Source of the DNA: Tubulanus polymorphus
Lineage: Eukaryota > Animalia > Nemertea
Assembly: GCF_964204645.1 (NCBI RefSeq)
Contig: NC_134031.1
Location: 20,219,910-20,283,909, forward strand
DNA length: 64,000 bases
Direction of reading: 5' to 3'
Below, piece after piece: positions 1 to 13,233 of this stretch. Both the position numbers and the translations under genes were made by a program. The notes under the pieces were generated by a model. It was not told where the DNA came from. It saw nothing but the letters and a program-made list of their open reading frames with translations, and did not search any database. Within the stretch, counting starts at the first letter, position 1. Each line of letters opens with the position of its first letter.

Positions 1-656
1 AAAGCCTAGTAAACTGCTTACTTCACGTCACAAAGGTTTTTTCACTTCGCCCTGAAAAATCAGTTGCATTCATTTGAATTTCGAGACTTCATCAGTCGAT
101 GACGTCCTGTCATCAGTTAACTTATATTCAGATCGGTCTATGAATTAAAAGCTGGTTCCTGGAATCTGAAGACATGAATACTCTAGAGAAATTGAAAGGC
201 CGAGATCCAGATGGAAAGAAAAGGCATTTCTTGGTTAAAACAGTCAAAGGGCACTAAATAGTCCCTCCTTTGGATTAACTTTTTGAGGAATCCATACAAA
301 AATGAGCAATTACCGAGTGAATGAATGTCAAATTATCAGGGTTTTACAATCTTAAGTCTCGACAAAAAGGGCAACTTAACTTAATAGGAAGACATGGGTC
401 CTGATCCCCGAGAACACCCCGTAAATCCACCCTGCGGCTGACAATATGAGTGATTTTGTGAAACGGATCCCAGTTCCGTAGCGGTGAGTTGAGATTTGAC
501 TCTTTGAGATTCAACATTTGAAACGATCAGCAACCGGGCGTCTTGATCCGAACAGTTCATCGAAATGTTTTCCAATTGCAACTGTTTTTTATAACCAGGG
601 CATCGAACACGTTTAAACTAACAAGTCACCCGAACATTGTGTATTATTATATATAG

Positions 657-3600
657 GCTAACTCTGAAGTCGGTTCGATGGATCCTCAACTCGAACGACA
701 AGTAGAAACCATTCGTAATCTAGTCGATTCTTACATGAAAATCATCTATAAAACAATACGCGACATGATCCCGAAAACGATCATGCATTTGATCGTTAAT
801 CAGGTACGTATCGTAACGTTGGTGATGTAAAGGGTTAACGCCGCGCTTGAAGTACCCAGCAGTCACCTGCCACCGGTTCAGATCACATCTGCATGGAATA
901 TTGTGTTCACCTGAACCAAAATTTCCTCACTTCGCTTTCAACAAATATTCACGACGACCATTTATCTATTATTCTCCAATCTGTGCATTCGTACATACTT
1001 TGGTTCAGCTTGAGCCAACACTGTGATGGTTGACTTGTGCTTAAAATTAATTTTACACTAAAGCTCAATACCTGCTTCAACCAGTTGAAACACCATTCGG
1101 CTCCTGATTCAAAGCCTGTGAGATACTTAGCTGATAAGAAGACTCGATTCTTCTAACACTTTAAACAATTAGCTTTACCGTGTTATTAACTTCGTAGCCA
1201 TATTGATTATTTCATTCACCTTGAGTACAAGTGCATCAATAAAAAAATTCTACCATTCTGAATGATTTCGTAATTTGCCACTTTTTCATCGGTAATTATT
1301 TGAATGTCATTATTTTCGAAAAATTTCAGGTCAAAGAATTCTTGAAGACGGAAATGATCGCGCAGCTGTATTCAACTGGAGACCAGGTTAGTTAGTAACA
1401 GACTCCTCGAGAGGCACTGTAATTGTGAAGAGTGAATTGTTTGAACAGAGATATCGCATCATTTGTGTGGACGCCACTTAAACAACCTAAAATTGAGCGT
1501 AGTGATTAAGTTGAAGCTGGTCAACATCGTTTAAATAAGCATTTTGCATTTTTCGTGCAAAGTTTGTTACGGGCTTAACTCCGAAAAGATTAACTATTGG
1601 GCACTGGGTACCTGTATTTTCATCTATAAATGGGTTCAAATTTTACTTTTTCCCTCATTGTCCTGCAGAGTTTGGTGAGTTTTTAATTCACTTTAGAGAA
1701 TTAAGACCTAGAGTCACAGTTATACCGGGTACAGTCGTGTCTTCAAATCGTTCACTAGTTGCATCATATGCTTAGGTATAGAGAGACATTCATGTAGTCG
1801 ACACAAGATTTTATATGAAATGCATAAGAAACAGATACCGGTATCTAGATATGATTGCGATTGGCAAACGGTGTCCAACGAAACAATTATCGCAATTTTT
1901 CGATTAACTTCAAAATGCATGTATAAGGATAGAGTGTATAAAATATAGAAATAGTAGTAGTAATACAACACCTGAATAGCATGTACATTACTGAATAGTA
2001 GTTTACATGTTATATAGCAGCCCCAATGATCGACTGTGTTATGTTATATCAGAAATAATAATGGCAGACTCGACAAACATCTTTGACGGTATCAATTTGC
2101 AGCGTGTAGGGGTCAGTTCTATAGTCATGACTTGGACTTGAGATTGATCTAAACCCATCATAGTTCTGTGGCCAATCTAACAAATAAGTCTTCGGATTTA
2201 AGATCACTTTTGGACTTAAGTCTTGAGATCACTTTTGGACTTAAGTCTTGAATAATCAGGTTTGACAGCGCAGCTGAACTTTGTACACAGGTACATGGAA
2301 AGAGGCGCTATACAAATTCGTGTTTATTATTACTGAACCAGCCCCCCGGCTATTGAGATCGATTTCAGACTTACGTCTTGAATGTGCACAACTGGGCCCC
2401 AATTGAAACTGGCGTTGAGTAAGATTTCAAACAGTTTGCTACTGGGGTTAATCTGAAGTGTTGGTTTGATTAACAGAATTCGATGATGGAGGAATCACCG
2501 GAAGAAGCGCAGCGACGCGAGGATCTACTGCGTATGTACCACGCGATGAAAGAAGCGTTGACGATCATCTCCGACGTAACGACCAACACGATGACGACAC
2601 CAGTGCCTCCACCTGTCAACGATGATTGGCTGAAACCATCGGGTAACAACAGCAGGTACGCGTGTGTATGACAGAGCTGCTTTTCTATATTTTACGACTA
2701 TTTTGTCGCGAGAATTACTGGTTGAGTTTGTTTGTAATTCATACGGTAACAGGCTGAAGATAATATGAAAATATTAAAGAGCCACCATAGTGTGTTGAAT
2801 AACGGGCATACCATTTCAGTGTATCTTTAGTTATTAGTGTTTCGCAATGTTTGACCGGTGCTGCCATATTTCAATAAAGAATATATCAATACACCACAAT
2901 ACAGCACACTAGCTAAGTAGATCAACCACTGAAAAGGTCGCGATTGGGTTAAAGTTTAAACCGAGCCGAGATATTTACTTTCGATTATTTTTCTATATAC
3001 ACTATTAACCATTCCGTTGTTATAACTGATTTTATTTTTTATTCCGCAGTTCTGATTTCAGACCTCCGTCGCCGGGACCAAATCGATCGGCGCCGTCGCG
3101 AGCGATGCCGCCTCCGCCGCAGTCGCAACCCGGTCGTACGGTGCCGCCACCTCAACCGGTACAAGCGGCGCGACCGGCTCCGTCGTTGCCATCGAGACCA
3201 GCGCCTCAGATACCGTCGCGCCCAACAGCTGGCGGCGTCGTACCCAACCTACCACCTCCTCTTATACCTGTGTAAGTTTATAACGCTTCGATCGCTTATT
3301 GATTTGTGGCATTTGCGATGGAAGTTTTTTTCCTATTTTATGGTGTGGGATTAAATCAGTAAAACTTTGATCGAGCTCCGTTTATCACAAACTGTAAAAC
3401 TACTCGATACATGTTGTGAATATATTGAAATTTTGAAATTTCATATACATTTAAACCTATACGGATCCAATAACACGGTTCTTGGCTAGAATTTTGAATA
3501 CGATGTTTAATCCTGATCCCTGGAGATCCCCGGATTCTGAATCACTGTATATTCGTGATCCGATGGTTTATTTATGGTTAACGAATTAACGAGTTCCGGT

Positions 3601-6600
3601 TGACTCGGATTGGCGAATTGAATCCATTTTTATCGCGGGTTTTTTAAAGTTAATCCTGCTCAACCTAGACGTGTCTTGTTGTTTGTGATAAATGCCGGGC
3701 CTCAATCACTGTAGCTATTTATTCCCTTTTATAATCGCTATTCAAAAGAAAATGTCAATGTTATTTCTTCCAACAATATCAATTACATCATATTCACTTA
3801 GTTCTCCAAAAATCACGTTCTTTTAGTGGCTCGGTTATTTTCAGTATTGTTGACCTCTGGTTTCTTTAGGGGCTTAGAGGTCGCCTTAGAGGTAGCCAGT
3901 CCAATTTTTGGGCTCACACACTACTTTGAATTTGTTATGGCTGGACCACGGATTTGGTTGTGCAATCCTGCTTAATATGGTCTAAAGAATCAAGATGATT
4001 GTACTCACACATGCGAGTGATTGTAGAAAATGATTGCTCTTCATAGACATAGATAGATAGCCCTGTTCCGCAGTTTGGAGTGAAACTTAATACTTCAGTG
4101 GCCAGTTGCACAGTTGTGACTTAAGTCCAAAAGTGGTCTTAAATCATAAGACTGATCTTAAGTTGTTAGATTGGCTAGAGAACTAAGTTGGTCTTAGACT
4201 GGTCTTAAGTCTAAGCCATGACTCTGCAACCGGGCCCCAGGGTCGAAACAAGTTCATACTGAACATGTAGAGTTAACGTCACACCTACATTGGAATTGGA
4301 AACTGATGTTTTGATATTAGTGGAAAAAATGAATGACACATTTCCACATATTTAACTCGTAAATGCCGCGTGTGCATGCTTCACTTTATAATGAAAACCA
4401 AAGTTCCTGAACTTCTAAACGCTTCTTATTCTGTATTTCTTCTTACTTGCACTAATCTTGCGCACAGCTTCAAAATTTTTGATTTGTGGCATTTCTTGTC
4501 TCCGCGAACTGTTGCTTTCTTAAAAATGAACCCGCATTTGATAGTTTATCTTCTCAAAGAAGAAAACCTGCATCATTTTCACTTTCGATAGCCGCCTACT
4601 TATCATTATATGTCGTCCGTTGTCACATGATGTCGTGGAGGAAGAGGTGAAAGTTTTCTCTTTTTTTTGGTGTTTTTCAAAAAAAAATTTCGGCCACGTG
4701 AATTTACAATGCCGTTCATCAGTCACATATATCACAGTTTAAGGGATAATTGAGGTTACTCGAGATGCACTTACCGTAGTTAACAGTTCTTCAAAATCAG
4801 TTTCGTAGGAAAATTTAACCTTAAGTTGATAAAAAATACTGAACTATTTTATATATAGTGTGAAATATACATAAACCTTTACAGAAAAATGCCGGACTGC
4901 ATCCGTATATATCCCTGCGTTAGAGAGAAATATATACCAGCAGTATTTTCATATTTCCAGACCAATGAAGGTACCATCTTTGACGCTTAAGGCCCTTTTC
5001 GATTGTGCTCTTTGCTGGAAAAGGAATTATCCACTTCCTCGTTCCATTGCGGCATTTGGATGTTTTGCAATGTTTTACGTCTCTGTGACAGCAGAAATCT
5101 GAGACCAAGGAGAATATTACAGAGGAGCACAATGGTCCAGCCCAATTCACACAACACATCGATACACGGAAACAAGAAACATGTTTTCGAGCATTTCCTT
5201 TAGGATTCCATGTTTCCCTAGGTCCTGTGCGTTTGGCACAACACTTACTCAGTATATAGCTGGTAAATCGGAGGGATATTACGGAAAGCGGTTGTATTTT
5301 CTGTGAAGGTCTGCCGGTTTTCTACTTGTGTATGGGTTGTTTTAAATGAGATATATTGGTTATATATTCGTATCTCGCGCAGGAACCGACTGGCTCCGGG
5401 TAGTCCTGGAAGTCCGTTGAGATCCCCGCGTAGCCCGACAGCCCCGGACGTCATGTAAGAATCATTCGTTTTTTAATTACTATCATTATTATTATTATTA
5501 TTATTATCGATTACGATTATTATGATTATCGTTTCATCATATTTCACTTTCGAAATCTACGTGTTATGATTACCTCTGTCGTAATCGTCGGTGTATTTCG
5601 ATGTATTTCGATGTATTTAGACACGCAGTTTTGTGTTCGGGTGATAGTTATTTAATTTTGTCAATGCTAGTCGTCGTACTGCACCCCACCTTAATTTAGT
5701 TGTCGGTTATTTGCATGATAATTTATTCAACCATCGCCTGCCTGCGAAAATAGTTTCATTTGAGTAAACATAAAGCTGGCCGCACGCTTTCCTTGGTTTC
5801 CCATCCTCGCTTGCCAGGGTTTGATCGCCTTCCGCCGAACTCTCACCAACACAAACCCTGGTCGGGCCAAATTTGGCTCATGTCAAACGGACACAGTTCC
5901 ATTTGGGGACAAGTTTTGACTGTTGGCCCGGGACAAAAACGCTTATGTAATCGCAGTTGAAGCTCACTCTTTCCCGGCCCTGACTAATGAACCTGAGACG
6001 ATTCATTCAATTCGTCATTTCATGGCTTCATTTCTTTGATACGACTTGACAAGAAGCCAACAGAAGGGTTATAGATAACTGTCAGTCTTAAGACCTTAAG
6101 AGCCTTGGGCAGTTATACGCCAATCCACGGGAAACTATAGTAACACATTTTTGATAAATGATATAAAGATATGGCCTTCGAGGAACCCTAAAAATTCCCA
6201 GATGCTGACTATTGAAATCGGCAATTTTTTTTTCTTATGCTTACATATATGAAAGTTACATATATGAAAGTTAATTGTACTTACTAATGACATAATGACA
6301 TCTCGAACTGTTTCCCGAAATAAGATTACCGGGTATTCGTCAATTACAACTGCTAGGGTTTTTCCATTCTTGATGTGATTGTGTCACATAACATATAATT
6401 ATACCCTCATCTTAATTAATAAAAATTTGTGAAAAATCTTTTATAATACGGATATTATCATGTCATATGATCGTGTAGATAGTTCAGTATAGATTTGAAT
6501 AGTTATTTTTTTCTCAGTGAATGCGGGTAACAGTAGGTTATAGGTCGAGTCAGTAGAATTGTTGTGTAATATCAGACCTGACTATGAATTCTATTTGAGA

Positions 6601-8306
6601 GTTGTTTCGGAGCACAACTTCTCCAAAAAATATCTGAATGCTCCCAAAATTCGAATGATATTTAGTTCATCTTCGATTAAATACTATTTTTGATAACGAA
6701 TTATTCTGAATAGAAAGTAGTTCGATGTGTATTGTGTAGGGATCGTAAAAGCTCGATAAAATTGCATGGTTTTCGAGAATGCGCTGTTTGATTTTCCGTG
6801 TATAGTTTAGTTTCGATGCATGCGCTTGTTTCTACGTAATTACGGTTGGTTCAACCACCACACAGGGGAAGTCAAAGGTGAATTCTGTAGCTATAAAACT
6901 GATCCCGGGTTCGTTCTTCCAGCAGTGCCCCTATTCCATATAGTCCAGTTCAAGTGGCAGTGCAATGACAAGGTTTTCAGTCTCGTAATGCCTGCAGGTT
7001 TCCTGTGAAGGAGGATCGATCTACTGTGGCCTGGTTTATGCCATCATCAGATATCCCTATGAGGGAGGATGATGGATCTATTATGACCTTGAATAGCACT
7101 AAGGCAGAATCTTGACGCCTGTATCGGGTCTGAATCCCTACATTCAATGATTGGATGCAGATCGGTTTTCTGATCTTCGTTCAGAGGTCACATCTTCACT
7201 GATGACTGTTTAACCATTGACCAAGTGGACTTGTTCTATAGGTCTACTGGTTATCATGCTTATTTCTTTGTGTAAACGAGACTCGGGTTTGATGCCCGGT
7301 GAGTGCTTGTCATTTCAATGTCACTTTCTTTATTGTTACATCGGCTCAATCTGGACTTAAACACCCCTCAGTAAATCATTAATTTATCCATGGTGTGAAT
7401 TCCCTATCCTCCTACTCACTTTCCAATCCTCTATTCATTGTCTACGTCCTAAATTCTAGGGGAATTTGTTTTTTGTAAAATGCGTTACTGGATGTCATGT
7501 CAACGGTATTCGATTCATTGAAGAATGGCCGCCGATTTCTAATTTGACCGCGCGACATTTCCTCTATTTTCAATATCGACGACATACCCCGCTAGAAAAT
7601 GTTTGTATCATATTCACCAACCACTTTTTCTTGTCGCTGAAAAAAAATTTACGAAAAATCACAAATGAAAAGCACATAAAACTACGAACCGCACTCACCG
7701 CTTAATATAATAACACTTCAGAATCAAGTGTGTAATGGCTAACTAAATGTAACATCATATCTCTATTTGCCTAGCAGAGCTTAAGAAGGCATCTTAACCC
7801 TTTACCTAATCAACTTTCTATACATCAGAAATTACTAGTAAATGAAATCATGAATAGAGTGCTTACTGCGCCCATCCCATCCTCTCGGTCGGGATTCGAG
7901 TGAAAAATTTACGCTTTTATTTCGATTTTAAAACAATTGATCAAAGAAACCGAAAATGCTAAATTCCAAATGTGTCTTTCCTCGGTACATGTCGTAGAGT
8001 CTCGATTGGTGAATATTGAAATTTTGTGGATCAGTTTTGTAGATAAAGAAAGATTTTCAAAATACAGATTAAAGCTACTCAATCCGGATCTATCTAAAGC
8101 CCTAGGGTTAAGTTGATCATTAGTTTATCTAGACACCTGGTCCAAATCCGGATTAAGTTGTTTTGCCTGTAGAAGTCAAACCTTTGATTTGCTATAAATG
8201 TTGTGTGTGATTTTTCAGGCGTCCAGGCAGCGGTAATTCAACGCGAGGCACGAACGAATATCCTCGAATACCGAATCGTCCGTCCATTCCGGCACGACCC
8301 CATTGA
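657..8306 (+). CDS. DNM: Dynamin, 3' exons (GED + proline-rich domain); 5' part lies upstream of the window. Exons 657-803, 1330-1386, 2477-2655, 3050-3271, (5383-5454 optional), 8219-8306
   Basis: Spliced translation [90 protein letters not shown]...[10 protein letters not shown] matches the dynamin GED. It is followed by a PxxP-rich PRD ending [14 protein letters not shown]. All junctions are AG/GT with consistent phases (0,0,2,2). Confidence 0.95.
2267..2332 (+). mobile_element. Short L2-type 3' tail (truncated LINE or L2-tailed SINE) nested in a MITE
   Basis: agcgca..tgaactttg...catgg...gcgctatacaaatt...tattatta resembles the 3' tail of the L2/CR1 fragment at 24838-24910. Confidence 0.5.
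4099..4237. mobile_element. MITE (GGGCC[A/G]GTTGCA TIR, CWG target duplication; PIF/Harbinger-like). Related copies at ~2109-2400, 12551-12670, 45244-45368 and 62172-62258
   Basis: cag|tggccagttgca...tgcaaccgggccc|cag. The internal gattggctagagaactaagttggtctta core is shared with the other copies. Confidence 0.7.
5383..5457 (+). CDS. DNM: Dynamin alternative exon (72-nt phase 2-2 cassette, or terminal exon if read through to TAA at 5456-5458)
   Basis: Acceptor cgcgcag at 5382. Encodes [23 protein letters not shown]. Donor AT|gtaaga at 5454/5455. Confidence 0.75.
5802..5861 (+). repeat. Dispersed repeat; inverted partner at 9864-9924
   Basis: catcctcgcttgccagggtttgatcgcc...caccaacacaaaccctgg aligns with the reverse complement of 9864-9924 with few mismatches. 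Confidence 0.75.
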
Positions 8307-9016
8307 TCGGTGCTGCCATCTATATGTGGGTGCCTGCGTGTGTGCGTCTAGTGTCACAGATCTGAATGCGGTGATTGCATGATGTCACATGGCGCCGGCG
8401 CGCCTGCCCGAGAACTCTATTCCTCGTTTTTAACAGCTTGCCACGTAATATGTGATGATGAAAAAACGGATCATCTCAGGAATAATCGCGGACATTTTTC
8501 TAGGATCATTATCTTGGCATATTTGACTTTCATGAATCCTTACTCACGCGCTGACTAATTGTCGCCCTAATTGTGCTGGAAGTAATTTGAGAAATTCCGC
8601 CCCAGTGCATTGTATAATGGGGCATACCGCTATAGTGCTTCTACACCGCGGTACGGTGTATTGTTAGTTACTAATTTTTCACTATGTTTGACAGTTGTTG
8701 CCATGTTCGATTAGAGATGATAACTAATTATTAACTACATCAATGCACCGCAATGCGATGTACTAGCAAAATCATTCATACACCGGTGCACTGAAAGGGT
8801 TAACGGTACGAGGTGATTGGTTGGGATTGTTTCCTACTGGGTTGATTGTCAATAATTTACAGTAAAATCATGAATGGATATTTTATTTTTCCAGTACCGG
8901 CACCACTACCATAGCAATCATCCGCCCCATTCTAAATTTGAACTAACTTCTAAAGTTTAAATTGATCAAAAATGAACTTACGTTGACTACGGAAAAGAAA
9001 CAGATAGTATAGTCAC

Positions 9017-9265
9017 CAAGGGCGGGTCTAGGATTCTTTGAAGGGGTTAGATTTTAAAATTGGAAAGGGCAGTTATGGCATTGGAGGGCTGCAAGGGCAA
9101 AACGTAGGTGGGGGTTCTGGTGGCCCTCAAACAGAAAATTTAGTACTAAAATGTAAAATGTGGATTAATTTTGCTTCTTTCTAAAATATTTTTCCAGAAC
9201 TTTTGAAGGCACATTTGAATTTTGAAACGAAAACCACCCTAAATCCACCCCTAAATCCGCCCTTG
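9017..9265. mobile_element. MITE with CAAGGGCGG TIRs
   Basis: caagggcgggtctagg ... cctaaatccgcccttg, flanked by gtcac / gtcat. Confidence 0.55.
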
Positions 9266-11226
9266 GTCATTGGCCATCTGGTGGTGTGCCGGTACACTAT
9301 TATTTTGCTTATCAGATTTACGTTTATTTACGTTTGCCTGTATATACATATATTTGTATATATAATCATTATTGTTAATATAATTATCATCAGCATTGAT
9401 AATATCAAAAATACATAAAGAAGATTTATTTTTGATATTATGGATAAGAACTTTGTTATGTTCACGTAGTAATATTGCCGTGTTCAATCACGCTACGTTA
9501 TTGGTCACATTTGGTCTGATCTGAAAGATTGATTCCAGGAACATTCTGAATTTTACAACGGACCATTTCTGTGTGTGTGAATAGAAACTTTTGTTAGTGT
9601 TGCTGGACCAGTGATAACAGCTGATTTTAAAACGTATGTTTGATTGCCTCCGGGCCGAACCCTTCATTGGTCTATTTCATTGCCCAAGATATCTTGTTTC
9701 TACTGGTTGCTGCTCAGCGTCCACCAGTCTATGTAATAACCCAATCAAATTCATTGCAGATTTGCTCTATCAATACCATGCATCTGATTGGCTAGATAAG
9801 TGGCCACTAAGTGTCCACTCAAGAAATCTTGTTTGGTGTTAAAGACCAATGAAGGGTCTAAGGCCAGGGTTTGTGTTGGTGTGAGTTCCAACGAGAGGCA
9901 ATCAAACCCTGGTAAGCTAGGATGACAGCGGGTTTGATTACTGGTATTGTTATTCATGGACATAATCACTTCTGTGAAACGAGCGTGGCAGGCATTGATA
10001 GTATAGTATATACAATGATATAAAGCAATTTTATTTTTTTAAACGTTAATGGTTTTGAGCTTGAATTATTGAGATTGTTTCCGCCGAAGCAAAATGTGGA
10101 ACTATCTAAAGAAAAACGTATCCAAATTCAAACAATCGTCCAAGGTTTAACCGTTTAAATGACCTGATTAATGCTCCGAATGTTAATTTCACGATATCCA
10201 TGGCAATAAAAGCTTTGAAAGTATTCCCGAATTGAGAATGGGAGTCTGAGTTATCCGGTAACTGGAGCCAGTGGCGCAGCCAAGGCTTACATTTATTTTT
10301 ACGATTTTGGGACCATGAAAGTAATCTGATTTATTCGGATTCAACTTAATTTCCATAAATGTTTGTGTAAATGAGAAATAAAAATCTGGATTAAACAGGT
10401 TTGACTTTACCCTTTAATCTAGTCTGGCACGTGATGTTGTTACAGTCTGTTACAACATTTGGGGAACAACGGCTCTAGATACTGGACTCCCTTTAGTCTG
10501 AACTCGGGAATATTTTCACACGGAGTTTCGAGAAAAATGTTTTCATCGGATTTTATTTCTGTTTTCTGCAATAATTTCAATGTATAGAATGTCGACTGTA
10601 TTTATATAAGTTATATATATATATATATATGTATGTATGCCATATAACATATCGAGATAGTGTGGATAATAAATTATGATATGATGTTTAAAAACAATCC
10701 TCATTCGTTTTCATGATGTCACACACTAAATTTTACCAAAAAACCTGGATAATTCTATTGACCACTTGTTCCTTTATCAATACGTGATTCATTGGAAAAT
10801 GAATGAATTCTAACATTTTGAACTAAGAAATTTCGCTGACTCAATTCTAAATGAATTGATTTAACCCCTGGGTTAAAGATAATACCAGTCTATAAAACTG
10901 GGCCCAGGGGATTTATAAATGGGTTGAAGATGGCGACCCTTTCAGAAGTCCGAGTTGTACATGTGTCGGTAAGACGAGGTTTTACTGCTCTTGAAAATTC
11001 ATTTCAAGAAGTTTCTCGAAAATCAACTACGGGTAAATTTTGATGACATAAAACTGACCGAGTCACGCCATCTTGTGGTGTTCCCGTGCACTAAAGCGGT
11101 AAATTATTCTCGAGGATATAGAAAAAGACCTTGAATGTGTAAATCTGGGAAACATTAGCAAGTATTTGGGATATAGTCGCGCGTGGTAGAAATATTTCTC
11201 AAATGAGTTTTTATTTGTATTTTCAG

Positions 11227-11281
11227 GCGACCCGGTATGAACAGCGCGCCGAAAATTCCAGATCGACCTCGAGCTCAATAA
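11227..11281 (+). CDS. DNM: Dynamin distal alternative terminal exon (RPGMNSAPKIPDRPRAQ*)
   Basis: Acceptor ttgtattttcag at 11226, same phase (2) as the 8219 exon. Paralogous peptide (RPG...P+IP.RP). AATAAA at 11334-11339. Confidence 0.75.
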
Positions 11282-12151
11282 TCGAAATCATTCCACACCG
11301 ATGGCACGCGCAGAGAATGCTGCAACTTTGATGAATAAAATCGTTTATAAGAAGTCGACGTCGACCGCTCACATTCCAAGTTACCGTCACACTGAAGAAT
11401 CAAAATGACACCAGAGGGCGCTTGTTTTGCTCGAAGACGCGATCGATGTAATCGGACCGCGATTAACTGCCGGAAAAAATGGATTCGCGCAAAATTTCGA
11501 ACTAATTTACCGAGAGACGATTCACGGCATCGAATTGTAATGTAACGAACGTATTTGATTAGTAGACGTTTTTAATGAATTAAACGAATCGTCAGCGAGT
11601 CCTGGACGGGATTAGTAATGTAAGGAAAAGAATCTATCGAAGAAATAAATCACTATAGTGTACACTAAAACCTGCTTGATCCGGATCATGGAACTGAATT
11701 ACGTGGAAATCCCGCATATTTACTTGCAATGAAGAATCAATGGCTCGAGTGTAAATTATGTACATGAATGAATTGATCAGATCACAATATCCGTGATGAA
11801 ACAATGATTGTTAATCGTAATTGTTGAATGACTTAAAAAAGACTATCTGGTATTTTAGATAAATTTTTTAATCTTTCGACAATTTTGGGATTTTGCATCT
11901 AAGATCTAAGTTAACTGTAAACTGTGCCGTGGGTCCTCGATTCGGATTAAGCTGGTTTTTACTGTCCTGTATGATCGGTAGTCGCAACTAATACCTCGTA
12001 TAAAATGACCCGGGATGTGTTCTCAACTGAGGCCATCATCATTGATATTTATAATGATTAATTGGTGTAGATTTTAACGATATCCAATGTGTAATAATAA
12101 GTAGAGAATGTACTCAATAGAACAGGGCAAATCTGAATTGAGTGATACGGA

Positions 12152-12295
12152 ATGTCAGTTAGTCAGAACTATAGTCCGGAAATAGTGAACTACGCAATTG
12201 ACTACAGTGTCTTTAGTTCGGACCTAGTTCAACACTGTGACCGAATTGTAGTGCTTTCAGTAATTAGTTCTGACCACGAAAACCTAAGTTCACCA
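12152..12295 (+). repeat. Old dispersed repeat; diverged copies at ~27726-27800 and ~40530-40700
   Basis: Shared blocks gcaattga.cacagtg..tagttcggac, gaacta.tagtgcgttc, gaccactagtcgacta, aagttcacc. Confidence 0.5.
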
Positions 12296-12984
12296 TGGCT
12301 GCTCCGGCTGAGGATCGGTTGTGCACGGATAACTCCACAAGTTGCTTTATCTTCCGTGGATGCCGCCATATTGAATTGACTGAGTCTCGCAACCTGTTCA
12401 CTCAGTCGGGCATCAACCGTAAATCAGAAAGCCTCATAATTTCTTATTGTATATCACTGCAGCATTAGTTTGTATTGAAATCATATACACAACGGTAGAA
12501 CAGATAAACACAATATCTACATTCCATTGTTTTCATTTATTCTAGTATTAGAGCCCGGTCAGTTACACACGGTCTAAATCTTTAGACTGGTTTTAAGAAT
12601 TTGTTTTATTGGCTTTAGAACTGATGATCTAAGACTGGTCTTAAAACGGAGCCATGACTGCTCAACTTGCCGCCGTGATATCAAGTCAATAAAGGGGTGC
12701 TCAAAAAAGTTCAAGCACCATTTCTATGTAATGGGATTCCTAATTATGTGTTAGGTTTAAGGGAGTGCCATACAGACCTCCTCTCGATCCACAGACATAA
12801 AGATTGAAGTGAAATGTTTAAGTTATGATAGTTTATTTTTCAACGGAAAAACAGAATTTGTTATAGATCTAAAAATAGATTTCTCACTGGTATCATTGGG
12901 GACCTGTGATGTTTATTCGAGATTAGCGACGATTGAATCATGATGATTTAGTTCATGTTCGTCAATCTAGTTAAGGCGGGTGTA

Positions 12985-13233
12985 GCAGGCCCATAGCGCG
13001 GGGGGGCTGGAGGGGTTCGAACTGACAAAAATTTAGTTCCGCTTATTTTTAATACAAAAGGAAATTAAGCCGAAACGTTACACTTACAACTTACAACGTA
13101 ATAATATCTGTATGTTGAACTCGTCGAATTTTCACAATTTTCTCGGGAGGGGGAGGAGCCAGCCCGAGATCCCTTCAGTTCAAAACAAGTTAGAAAACGA
13201 ACCCTTCACATATTTCACACGCTACGGGCCTGC
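12985..13233. mobile_element. MITE with GCAGGCCC(A/G)TAGCG TIRs (hAT-like ends)
   Basis: gcaggcccatagcg ... cgctacgggcctgc; no clear TSD. Confidence 0.5.

Noticed and set aside
78-96. Minus-strand CTGATGA...GAAA as a hammerhead
   Set aside because: Only 6 nt between the cores and no credible stem II or stem I.
4592-4742. Additional dynamin exon after ttcgatag
   Set aside because: The phase-2 translation is not PRD-like, and the Pro-containing frame is out of phase with the upstream donor.
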